DNA from: Candidatus Krumholzibacteriia bacterium
GTDB taxonomy: Bacteria > Krumholzibacteriota > Krumholzibacteriia > Krumholzibacteriales > Krumholzibacteriaceae
DNA: 64,000 bases
Assembly (NCBI GenBank): GCA_963836185.1
Contig: CAWIIQ010000001.1
Location: 192,001-256,000, forward strand
Reading direction: 5' to 3'
Position numbers and translations under genes: made by a program. The stretch's first letter is position 1. Every line of letters begins with the position of its first letter. The notes under the pieces were generated by a model. It was not told the origin of the DNA. It saw only the letters and a program-made list of their open reading frames with translations, and made no database searches. Positions 12,267 to 20,439 of the stretch are shown here, one piece after another.

Positions 12267-12818
12267 ATGAAGAGGCAGATCGGAAGATCGATCATGGTGA
12301 TGCTGATGATTCTGATATTTTCACAAGTTCTCAGCGCGACGCAGATAGTCCTGGTCAGTTCCAGGGAGATGGCGGAAAACTCGGCTCTCGTGCTCGCGGG
12401 AAGGGTCTCCGGCCAGGAATCGTACTGGAACGAGGATCATACGAAGATATTCACCCGGACCACGATCCTCGTTGACGAGACATACAAGGGGGGTCACAGT
12501 CCAAGGATCGAGCTGATACAGCTCGGTGGTATAGTGGGGAATATCAAGGTCACCGTCGAGGGAGCGATCCTGTGGCGGGACGGTGATGAGGTGCTCCTCT
12601 TCCTCGAGCCATACGGGGATACTCCGTCCTTTCAGGTCGCCGGCCTTTCCCAGGGCAGGTTCCTGATAGAGCGTGATCCTGATACGGGAGAGAGATTCGT
12701 CAGGCGGCCGGCCATCGACGGGGTGGAGCTTCTTCAGTCGGATGGTAAAGCGGAAAAAGGTGACGGATCGGTCGAAAAGGTACGCCTGGAGCAGTTCGTT
12801 TCAGAGGTGATCGAATAG
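12267..12818 (+). CDS. Secreted small protein, TIMP/NTR-like OB-fold candidate (resembles N-terminal domains of bacterial matrixins)
   Basis: ATG at 12267 after AAAGGA; signal peptide ending VLSA; motif pattern SALVLAGRV...IFTRTTILVDETYKG...LGGIVG...GDEVLLFL. Confidence 0.6.
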   Translation: MKRQIGRSIMVMLMILIFSQVLSATQIVLVSSREMAENSALVLAGRVSGQESYWNEDHTKIFTRTTILVDETYKGGHSPRIELIQLGGIVGNIKVTVEGAILWRDGDEVLLFLEPYGDTPSFQVAGLSQGRFLIERDPDTGERFVRRPAIDGVELLQSDGKAEKGDGSVEKVRLEQFVSEVIE

Positions 12819-12833
12819 GAGCAGGCGACTCGC

Positions 12834-13256
12834 TCAGTCCTCATCGACGGGTCTTGTTCTGTCCGCCTTGAGCCGGCTCCTGCGGCGCTTGTCTTCGAGG
12901 CGTTTTCGTTTTACGCCAGCGGGGACCCCTCTCTTTTTCCTTGGGGGGATGCGCACAAGCGCTTCGCGGAGCAGTTCCGCGAACCTTTCGGTCGCCGCTT
13001 CACGGTTCATCTTCTGTGTGCGGTGCTTCTGAGAGACGACCCGCAGAATACCCTCGCGTGAGATCCTCGTCGGCAGCCTCTCGAGTATCCTCTCTCGCTG
13101 ATCGTCGGTGAGGCTCGGTGAACCGATGACGTCGAACCGGAGCGTTACCCGGGTATTGAGCTTGTTTACATTCTGCCCTCCCGGCCCGCTTGAGCGCGAG
13201 AAGCTCAGTGAGATCTCGTCCTCCGGTATCGACAGATTCGAATCGATCAGTATCAT
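12834..13256 (-). CDS. arfB: Alternative ribosome rescue peptidyl-tRNA hydrolase ArfB (YaeJ)
   Basis: RSSGPGGQNVNK, RTQKMNRE and basic C-terminal tail. Confidence 0.95.
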   Translation of the reverse strand: MILIDSNLSIPEDEISLSFSRSSGPGGQNVNKLNTRVTLRFDVIGSPSLTDDQRERILERLPTRISREGILRVVSQKHRTQKMNREAATERFAELLREALVRIPPRKKRGVPAGVKRKRLEDKRRRSRLKADRTRPVDED

Positions 13257-13355
13257 ATCACCTTTCCACACTTAAATATTGATTCATCTCCACGCAAGGG
13301 TACATCATGAGAGCGCCTGAAGGGAAATCGATAATTCAATGAAAGGTGTCCGCCT

Positions 13356-14249
13356 GTGAGGCGCGTTGCGCGATTGAATATCCTGCCGGTGTTCATCATG
13401 GCGCTCGGACTGACCATCTCTCCGGGGATTGTCGCTGATGCCGAAGCAGGCGGCGGTGCGGGCGGCATCGAGGTAGTGTTTCTGGCCGGCGAGGGATTCC
13501 TGATAAGCTGCGGCCATTCAAAGGTGCTGATAGACGCTCTTTTCGATCTCAATGAACCCGGCGGGAAACCGCCGAGGGCGCATGACCACCTGTCTCCCGA
13601 AGGGATGACGCGGCTTACAGCCGCGGGAAAGCCGTTCGACAAGGTAGACGCTGTCCTCGTCACGCACGCCCACGACGATCACTTCACTGCCGGGTGCGCC
13701 GCGAGTTACATGCGCTCCAACGGGTGGGCCGTGCTGGCCGGCCCGGGAGCCGTGATCGATGAGCTCACCGGATACTCATGGCTCGAGGGTGAGGTGGGAG
13801 AGAGGCTCATCCCGGCTGATGTCTCCCCCGGCATGATAGATACGATGGTCATCGACGGGCTCACCATATATGCACTCGGGATAAGACACACGGGATGTGA
13901 GAGCGGAGCCGGCCCTGAATCTCCATGTATCGATCATGTAGCGTGGCTGGTCGAGACTGAGGGGTGCAGGATCCTTCATCTCGGCGATGCGAAGGTCTCC
14001 GGGGAGGAGTTCGAGCAGTTTCCCTGGCTCCCCGCTCTGGAGGTCGATATCGTCTTTCTGCCCTTCTGGTTTCTGCAGCAGGCCGGGGGGGTCGATGTCA
14101 TCAACAGGCTGATAGCGCCGAAAACGGTCGTCCTGATGCACTGGAACAGCTGGAACCGCGACGCTGTAGTAGAAGAATTCGAGCATAACCGCGACAGGCT
14201 CCCTCCGACTGTGATCTTCGGGGAGGCGTTCGAGAAACTGAGATTCTGA
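13356..14249 (+). CDS. Secreted MBL-fold metallo-hydrolase
   Basis: THAHDDH (HxHxDH), HLGD and LMHW motifs; signal peptide. Confidence 0.85.
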   Translation: MRRVARLNILPVFIMALGLTISPGIVADAEAGGGAGGIEVVFLAGEGFLISCGHSKVLIDALFDLNEPGGKPPRAHDHLSPEGMTRLTAAGKPFDKVDAVLVTHAHDDHFTAGCAASYMRSNGWAVLAGPGAVIDELTGYSWLEGEVGERLIPADVSPGMIDTMVIDGLTIYALGIRHTGCESGAGPESPCIDHVAWLVETEGCRILHLGDAKVSGEEFEQFPWLPALEVDIVFLPFWFLQQAGGVDVINRLIAPKTVVLMHWNSWNRDAVVEEFEHNRDRLPPTVIFGEAFEKLRF

Positions 14250-14322
14250 GACCTTCCCCGCACCCCGATAATAGATGACAATTCCAGTGGGTAGGACGGG
14301 GTATCTATCCACCTATTGCCTG

Positions 14323-14351
14323 TTGTAAACGAGCGGGAAGAGTTATAGAAT
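14323..14351 (+). promoter_or_regulatory. Sigma70-type promoter TTGTAA-N17-TAGAAT
   Basis: Near-consensus boxes with 17-nt spacer upstream of the cytochrome gene. Confidence 0.55.
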
Positions 14352-14414
14352 GACTCCAGCCCGACACCTGAAGAGCTGCGTCATGGAACCCGGAAACACA
14401 AGCGGAGGTATGAG

Positions 14415-15782
14415 TTGAGAGATCAACGCGTTATTACTGTCTTGATATCCCTGGTGGTCCTGACGGCGCTCTTTTTCCCCTCACGGGCTGACGAGGGAAA
14501 GGGTGGCACTTTCGGGACTCAAAGTTTCGATGACTACGAGCGCCCCCAGACATGCCGGACCTGCCACGTCGATATCTACGAGCAATGGTCGCAGTCGGCC
14601 ATGGCGATGGCGTTCACCCATCACTGGGACGAGATAGAGTATTTCGACCTCGCAGTCAAGCATGCCGAGAAGAACCCCGAGCTCAAAGGAGTCGTTGAAG
14701 GGTGCAACGGCTGTCACGCCCCGATCGCCTGGGTCTCGGGTGAGGGAAGTCCCCCGAGGCCGGGAAACGGCAGCAAAGCGGACGAGGGAGTCTCGTGCGA
14801 TTTCTGCCACACGGTCACGGGAAGGACCGGCGATCCCTCTTTCAATTTCAACTATACCGTCGATCCGGGAAACGTTAAGCGTGGAAACCGCGAGGGGGGG
14901 GACAGCCCCCATCACAAGACGGAGCATCTCGATTTCATGCGTACGGCGGAATACTGCGGGATCTGCCATAACGAGAAGGATCCCTACGGCATCTGGGTAA
15001 AGTCCACCCATCTCGAATGGAAAGAGGGGCCATACGCGGCCGAAGGCGTCCCCTGCCACAGGTGCCATATGCCCGGCGCCGAGGGGCGCAGCGCGAACAC
15101 GTCGAAACGGGAATTCCCCGACATCGCGCAGCATCTCTTCCACGGCGCTCACGATCCCGGCAAGGTAAAGGGTGCGATAGAGATGAGGATGAATCCTGAC
15201 ATCCGCGAAGTCGAACCTGGTGACGTTGTCGTGATAAGCGTCCAGCTCTTCAACGGCAAGTGCGGGCACAAGGTGCCAAGCGGGTCGGCCGAGGAGAGGC
15301 AGCTCTGGCTTCACGTCTCCGCGCATTGTGCCGGAGGAAAGGTCTATCATCTTCCCGTCGACCTGAAAGGATTCGAGGGAGAGCGGGAGACGGTCACGAG
15401 CAACGAGCTGGCCTACCAGGATATGGGAGAGATGCTCGGCGATCCATCATTCGCCGGGCTGCCCCGTGACGCGCTCGAGTTCGAGGGCGACAGGATATTC
15501 TGCCTCCCCTATTTCGATCCGCAGGGGCGCAGGACGATCGCTCAGTGGAACACGAAGACACTCGGAACCGATTACCGGATCGGGCCGAGAGAGACGAAGA
15601 TAGAGACTTTCACGTGGACGGTGCCTGATGACGTCGAGTTTGGAACGGTCGTCGTCAGGGCGGAACTCAACTATCGCCGCCTCGTGAAATCGGTCGCCGA
15701 ATTTCTGAAAGTGCCGGAGGACGAGACCGAAGCGATCCGCGTCAACGACGCCGAGACCAGCTTCGAGGTCGTCGATTACTGA
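14415..15782 (+). CDS. Exported pentaheme c-type cytochrome (c554-like N-terminus, C-terminal beta domain)
   Basis: Five CxxCH motifs: CRTCH, CNGCH, CDFCH, CGICH, CHRCH; signal peptide; GGAGG RBS before the TTG start. Confidence 0.9.
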   Translation: MRDQRVITVLISLVVLTALFFPSRADEGKGGTFGTQSFDDYERPQTCRTCHVDIYEQWSQSAMAMAFTHHWDEIEYFDLAVKHAEKNPELKGVVEGCNGCHAPIAWVSGEGSPPRPGNGSKADEGVSCDFCHTVTGRTGDPSFNFNYTVDPGNVKRGNREGGDSPHHKTEHLDFMRTAEYCGICHNEKDPYGIWVKSTHLEWKEGPYAAEGVPCHRCHMPGAEGRSANTSKREFPDIAQHLFHGAHDPGKVKGAIEMRMNPDIREVEPGDVVVISVQLFNGKCGHKVPSGSAEERQLWLHVSAHCAGGKVYHLPVDLKGFEGERETVTSNELAYQDMGEMLGDPSFAGLPRDALEFEGDRIFCLPYFDPQGRRTIAQWNTKTLGTDYRIGPRETKIETFTWTVPDDVEFGTVVVRAELNYRRLVKSVAEFLKVPEDETEAIRVNDAETSFEVVDY

Positions 15783-15804
15783 CGTATTATTCAGGAGTGA
15801 GTCG

Positions 15805-16194
15805 ATGTCTGTAGAATTCAGGATCGACAAGGACGAGGGGATCGTCTACGGGACAATTAAGGGTGAAGTGGATGTCGAGGAGGTTCTGGCCGGCCTGACA
15901 GCGATAGTCACGAGCGGGGAGTACAGTCCCGGCCTCAACGGCATCACCGACCTCAGGGACATGAAATGGGAGTCGAACCAGGGTGATTTGCGGCGGCTCG
16001 TCCATTTTCTCATAGAGCACAGGAAGAAGATCGGCAAGTCCCGGTCGGCGATCGTCGTTTCGGGTGACAGGACATACGGTATGTCCCGGATGTTCGAAGT
16101 CTTCTCGGAACAGGCCCCGATCAATGTCCGGGTCTTCCGTGATTTCGACAAGGCGAAGAGATGGGTGCTCGAGGGGAACGCCGGAGAGGAATGA
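15805..16194 (+). CDS. Small STAS/SEC14 (SpoIIAA-like) domain protein
   Basis: AGGAG RBS; pattern ITDLR...SAIVV...YGMSRMF...VF...AKRW. Confidence 0.65.
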   Translation: MSVEFRIDKDEGIVYGTIKGEVDVEEVLAGLTAIVTSGEYSPGLNGITDLRDMKWESNQGDLRRLVHFLIEHRKKIGKSRSAIVVSGDRTYGMSRMFEVFSEQAPINVRVFRDFDKAKRWVLEGNAGEE

Positions 16195-16195
16195 G

Positions 16196-16624
16196 ATGGC
16201 GCTGGTAGACTGTCCGGAATGCGGAGCCAAGATAAGCGACAAGGCATGGGCATGCCCCGGATGCGGACATCCTGTCGGGGGCGGCCTTATGAGTATCCCT
16301 CGATGGTGCTGGCTGGGGTACGAATGGAAGAGCAGGTCGAATATCGGCGGCATTCCCCTGGTCCATATCGCGTTCGGGTGGGACCTGCAGAAGGGAACGC
16401 TCCGTGTGGCGAGAGGGATAATCGCGATCGGCCAGTTCGGAATAGGCGTCATAACGATAGCGCAGTTCGGGGTCGGGCTGCTTTTCGCCCTGGGACAGTT
16501 CGTAGCGGGAAGCTGCGCCATCGGCCAGTTTGCCGCGGGGATCTTCTTCGCGCTGGGTCAATTCGCCGCCGGGATGAGCGCCATCGGCCAGTTCACGGCG
16601 ACGAGGGATAGTTCAGGAATGTGA
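16196..16624 (+). CDS. Zinc-ribbon membrane protein with Gly-rich (A/T)(I/L)(G/A)QF repeats
   Basis: MALVDCPECG...CPGCG followed by six xxGQF-like repeats. Confidence 0.75.
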   Translation: MALVDCPECGAKISDKAWACPGCGHPVGGGLMSIPRWCWLGYEWKSRSNIGGIPLVHIAFGWDLQKGTLRVARGIIAIGQFGIGVITIAQFGVGLLFALGQFVAGSCAIGQFAAGIFFALGQFAAGMSAIGQFTATRDSSGM

Positions 16625-16652
16625 TATCTGAATATTGAAAGGGAGGTAGGTT

Positions 16653-17852
16653 TTGTCGATCCGATCGGTCAGGCTGAAATCGTCCGTTCTGGTCATCATC
16701 ACTCTTGTTACGGCAGCGGCAGTGCTGATACCGGATGATGCGGGAGCGATCCCTGCGTTCGCGCGCAAGTACCGGATGTCGTGCACCACATGTCACGCTC
16801 CCGTGCCGAGATTGAAGGCGTACGGTGAGGAGTTCGCCGGAAACGCTTTCAGGCTCGAGGACCAGGAACCGAAGAGGTTCTATCCCGACACGGGCGATGA
16901 GCTGCTTACGCTGCAGCGGGAGCTCCCTATCGCTGTCAGGTTCGATGCCTTTTTCCTCTACGACTATCAAAAAGATTCCAACATGACCGATTTCCAGACC
17001 CCGTTCGGAATGAAGCTGCTCTCCGGCGGGTCGATATCGGAGAACATCGGATATTATTTCTATTTCTACTTGTCGGAGATGGGTGAGATCGCCGGTGTGG
17101 AGGACGCATACGTGCACTTCAATGACATGTTCGGGTCAGACATCGACCTGATGGTGGGGCAGTTCCAGGTATCCGATCCACTCTTCAAGCGTGAGCTGAA
17201 GCTCACATACGCGGATTACTATATCTACAAGATCAGGGTGGGGGATACTGCGACAAACCTCACCTATGACCGCGGGCTGATGTTTACCTACGGCGCTGAT
17301 ATGGGACTCGACGCGGCCTTCCTCGTGGTAAACGGCAACGGTAAGGGAGAGGCGGTCAACGGGTACCTCGATGAGGATAACTGGAAGAACTTCATGCTGA
17401 GGCTCTCGCAGTCGCTCGGCCCCGTCCGGGTGGGCGCGTTCGGCTATACATGCAACTCCGAGGTGAACAACGGAGGCACGATGGTGCGGAACGCGCACTG
17501 GTACGGCGGGGCGGATGCCACCTTCGACCTGGAAGATAAACTCCAGCTCAACGTGCAGTATGTATACAGGGAGGACGAGAACCCGTGGTTCGAGGTCGCC
17601 GGGGGCACGAAGGTGGAGACCAATGGCGGCTTCGCGGAGCTGATCATCGCCCCCGGGGGAGAAAACGGCAGGCACTGGATAGTGCTGCTGTACAATTACA
17701 TAGATTCGCAGCAGAAAGATCTGAATCTGAACGCGGGGACCCTTTCCTACAGCTGGCTGCTGAAGCGCAACGTGAGGCTCCTGGCGGAGGGCACATATAA
17801 CGATACGCAGGAAACATTCCGGTTTACCGGTGGATTTGTTTCGGCCTTTTAG
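16653..17852 (+). CDS. Monoheme cytochrome-porin fusion (Cyc2/ExtI-like outer-membrane beta-barrel)
   Basis: Signal peptide, AIPAFARKYRMSCTTCH...PRLKAYGEEF, amphipathic strands, terminal Phe. Confidence 0.85.
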   Translation: MSIRSVRLKSSVLVIITLVTAAAVLIPDDAGAIPAFARKYRMSCTTCHAPVPRLKAYGEEFAGNAFRLEDQEPKRFYPDTGDELLTLQRELPIAVRFDAFFLYDYQKDSNMTDFQTPFGMKLLSGGSISENIGYYFYFYLSEMGEIAGVEDAYVHFNDMFGSDIDLMVGQFQVSDPLFKRELKLTYADYYIYKIRVGDTATNLTYDRGLMFTYGADMGLDAAFLVVNGNGKGEAVNGYLDEDNWKNFMLRLSQSLGPVRVGAFGYTCNSEVNNGGTMVRNAHWYGGADATFDLEDKLQLNVQYVYREDENPWFEVAGGTKVETNGGFAELIIAPGGENGRHWIVLLYNYIDSQQKDLNLNAGTLSYSWLLKRNVRLLAEGTYNDTQETFRFTGGFVSAF

Positions 17853-17938
17853 GGTATAGTCCGGTTCCAGCGGCGATGAGCGCCGCTTCCGGACGGTCAA
17901 AACCTGGTGTACTGTAACATGAAGAAGGAGGATGCCTG

Positions 17939-18412
17939 ATGGCAGTTCTTCAGCCTTCCGATATCGTCGACATCGGAATCGAAAAAGAGATCAAGCGCCG
18001 CGACTTCTACGCGCTTGCCGCCGACCAGTTCTCGGACAACGCCGATCTGGCCGAGCTCTTCGGCAAGCTTCGCGACTGGGAAGAGGCGCATATCAAGAAA
18101 TTCGAGAAGATCCGCGAAGAGGTAAAGGGCGGTCACTACGCCGAATCGTACCCCGGCGAGATCCATGAATATATGGCCGCTGTCGTGAACAGCGATCTTT
18201 ACGAGAATCTCGACGCCGAGTCGTTCGCCATGACGGTCAAGACCCCGGAAGAGGCTCTGGACGCGGGCATCGGATTTGAGAAGGACGCTATACTTTTCTT
18301 CGGCGGACTGGCCAACTTCGTTGAGCCCAAGGCGAGAGAGGTCGTCCAGGAGCTGATCGCCGAAGAGCAGCAGCACATGCTCCAGCTCTTCGAGATGAAG
18401 AAAAGGCTGTAG
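17939..18412 (+). CDS. Rubrerythrin/ferritin-like diiron protein
   Basis: E..E...FY, EEAH, EKD...F and EEQQH carboxylate/His motifs. Confidence 0.88.
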   Translation: MAVLQPSDIVDIGIEKEIKRRDFYALAADQFSDNADLAELFGKLRDWEEAHIKKFEKIREEVKGGHYAESYPGEIHEYMAAVVNSDLYENLDAESFAMTVKTPEEALDAGIGFEKDAILFFGGLANFVEPKAREVVQELIAEEQQHMLQLFEMKKRL

Positions 18413-18552
18413 GATCCCGGAAACCATATACGCGGCCTCAACGTAATTAAAAAACGCTGATTGACACGCATGCCATCGCGGAATGCGACGGTGTGCGACC
18501 ATTGTAGATAAAGGATAGTCCCATCCAACCCCGTCACCCATGGAGGTGAGAC

Positions 18553-20280
18553 GTGAAATCGTTCTTCAGGTCCTTTTTCGCTACACTGCTGGCTATAATC
18601 CTTGTGTTTGTAGTCATCATCGCTATCGGCGCGTCCAAGAGTTCAGACAAGCCGAAGATCGAAGACGGCTCGTGGCTCGTCATCGACTTGTACGGCGGTA
18701 TCACGGAATACGACCCGCCTTCGAATATCATGGGCGAGGTCATGGGAGGCAAGGGGGAGACTCTCACGAGAATTCTCTGCAACCTCGACAAGGTCTGTGT
18801 AGACGACCGGATCGAGGGCGTGATCTTCAAGATGTCGTCGAGCAACGGAGCCGGGCGCGCGATGCTCGAGGAGATGCGAGGCGCGGTAAAGAAGGTCCAG
18901 GCGTCGGGCAAGAAGGTCTATGGCTATTCCGATTCAATGGACAGGCATACGTATTACCTCGCCAGCGCATGCGATTCCCTCTTCATGCCCCCGACCGCAT
19001 ACATGAATTTCATCGGGATGTCGGCCACCACCGAACATGTCAAGGGGATGCTCGAGAAGCTGCATATCAAGCCGGACCTCCACAGGATCAAGGATTACAA
19101 GAGCGCCGCTGAGATGATCACCCGCGAGGATATGTCAGAGCAGACTCGCGAGATGAGGAACTGGATGATCGAAGATCTCTGGGATATCTACTGTGCTGCC
19201 CTCGAGGAGGACCGCGGATTCACCGAGGAGAAGATAACAAAGGCGATGGAAAAGGCTCTCTTCCCGATCGAGGACGCGGTCGAGTGGGGATTCGTAGACG
19301 GTGCGATCTACTGGGACGAGCTTGCCGATATGCTGAAGGGCGACAATGAAGAGCTCGAGACAGTCGGCCAGTCCACCTACGCCAAGGTCGAGCCGAAGGA
19401 ACTCGGTCTCGACGGCAAGAAGAAGATCGCGGTGGTCCACGCACAGGGGATGATAGGCGGCCGCAAGAGCAAGATCGATCCGATGTTCGGGCTGCTTATG
19501 GGGCACGAATCGGTCAACGCGCAGATTCGCAAGGCCCGCAAGGACGAGGATGTCGTGGCGATTATTTTCCGTGTCAACAGCGGTGGTGGAGAGAGCCTCG
19601 CCAGCGATATGATGGGGCATGAGGTCGCCATCACGGTGAAGGAGAAACCGGTCATCGTCTCGATGGTCGATGTCGCAGCTTCGGGCGGGTACATGATCTC
19701 GTACCGCGCCACGAAGATGATCGCCCTTGAGAATTGTGTCACCGGGTCTATCGGTTCGATCAATATGAAGTTTAACGTTAAGGGATTCTATGAGATGTTC
19801 GGCATCACCCATGACACAACGTCAAAGGGACCGAATGCACTGTTTTATTCTCCCTTCCGAAATTTCACGAAGGATGAGCGCGAGATCTTCGAGAAGGATC
19901 ACTGGAGAGGCTTCAACGAATGGCTGCAGGATGTCGCAGACCACCGCGGTATGACCTTTGAAGAGGCCGAGAAGCTAGCTCACGGCCGCGTGTGGACGGG
20001 CCGTCAGGGTACGGCCAACGGCCTGATCGACGGGACAGGCGGCCTCGACAGGGCGATCGAGATGGCAAGAGAGCTTGCCGAGGTCGAAGAGGACGAGAAG
20101 GTCTCCGTCGTGCATTATCCGCTGCAGAAATCGTTCTTCGAGTCGATCATGGCCGGCGGCGGGTTCTCGGCTGCCGCGAAATATGTCGTATGGCGTTATC
20201 TCCAGGACGATGTCGCCGAGACATGGAACATGGTCACCAGTCGCCGCATGAACATGATGCAGGAGATGGACATCAGGTAG
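18553..20280 (+). CDS. sppA: Signal peptide peptidase SppA (67K type, S49)
   Basis: YKSAAE, RVNSGGG, AASGGY, TGSIG and GRVWTG motifs; N-terminal TM anchor. Confidence 0.92.
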   Translation: MKSFFRSFFATLLAIILVFVVIIAIGASKSSDKPKIEDGSWLVIDLYGGITEYDPPSNIMGEVMGGKGETLTRILCNLDKVCVDDRIEGVIFKMSSSNGAGRAMLEEMRGAVKKVQASGKKVYGYSDSMDRHTYYLASACDSLFMPPTAYMNFIGMSATTEHVKGMLEKLHIKPDLHRIKDYKSAAEMITREDMSEQTREMRNWMIEDLWDIYCAALEEDRGFTEEKITKAMEKALFPIEDAVEWGFVDGAIYWDELADMLKGDNEELETVGQSTYAKVEPKELGLDGKKKIAVVHAQGMIGGRKSKIDPMFGLLMGHESVNAQIRKARKDEDVVAIIFRVNSGGGESLASDMMGHEVAITVKEKPVIVSMVDVAASGGYMISYRATKMIALENCVTGSIGSINMKFNVKGFYEMFGITHDTTSKGPNALFYSPFRNFTKDEREIFEKDHWRGFNEWLQDVADHRGMTFEEAEKLAHGRVWTGRQGTANGLIDGTGGLDRAIEMARELAEVEEDEKVSVVHYPLQKSFFESIMAGGGFSAAAKYVVWRYLQDDVAETWNMVTSRRMNMMQEMDIR

Positions 20281-20308
20281 GACACTCCTGTCGTTATCTG
20301 TGATTCCG

Positions 20309-20337
20309 GGGCCGCGGCATCCGCTGCGGCCCTTTTT
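20309..20337 (+). terminator. Rho-independent terminator after sppA
   Basis: GGGCCGCGGC-atcc-GCTGCGGCCC followed by TTTTT. Confidence 0.85.
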
Positions 20338-20439
20338 ATATCAGGCGAAGGCAGCCCGGCCGTCCCGACCAGGTTGACACCGCCGCCGTCATGCGTGTAA
20401 TCTCACGCGGTACCCCGATACCTTGAGAGGAGAGACCCG

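Noticed and set aside
18465-18497. Imperfect hairpin upstream of sppA
   Set aside because: No U-tract or family features; insufficient support.
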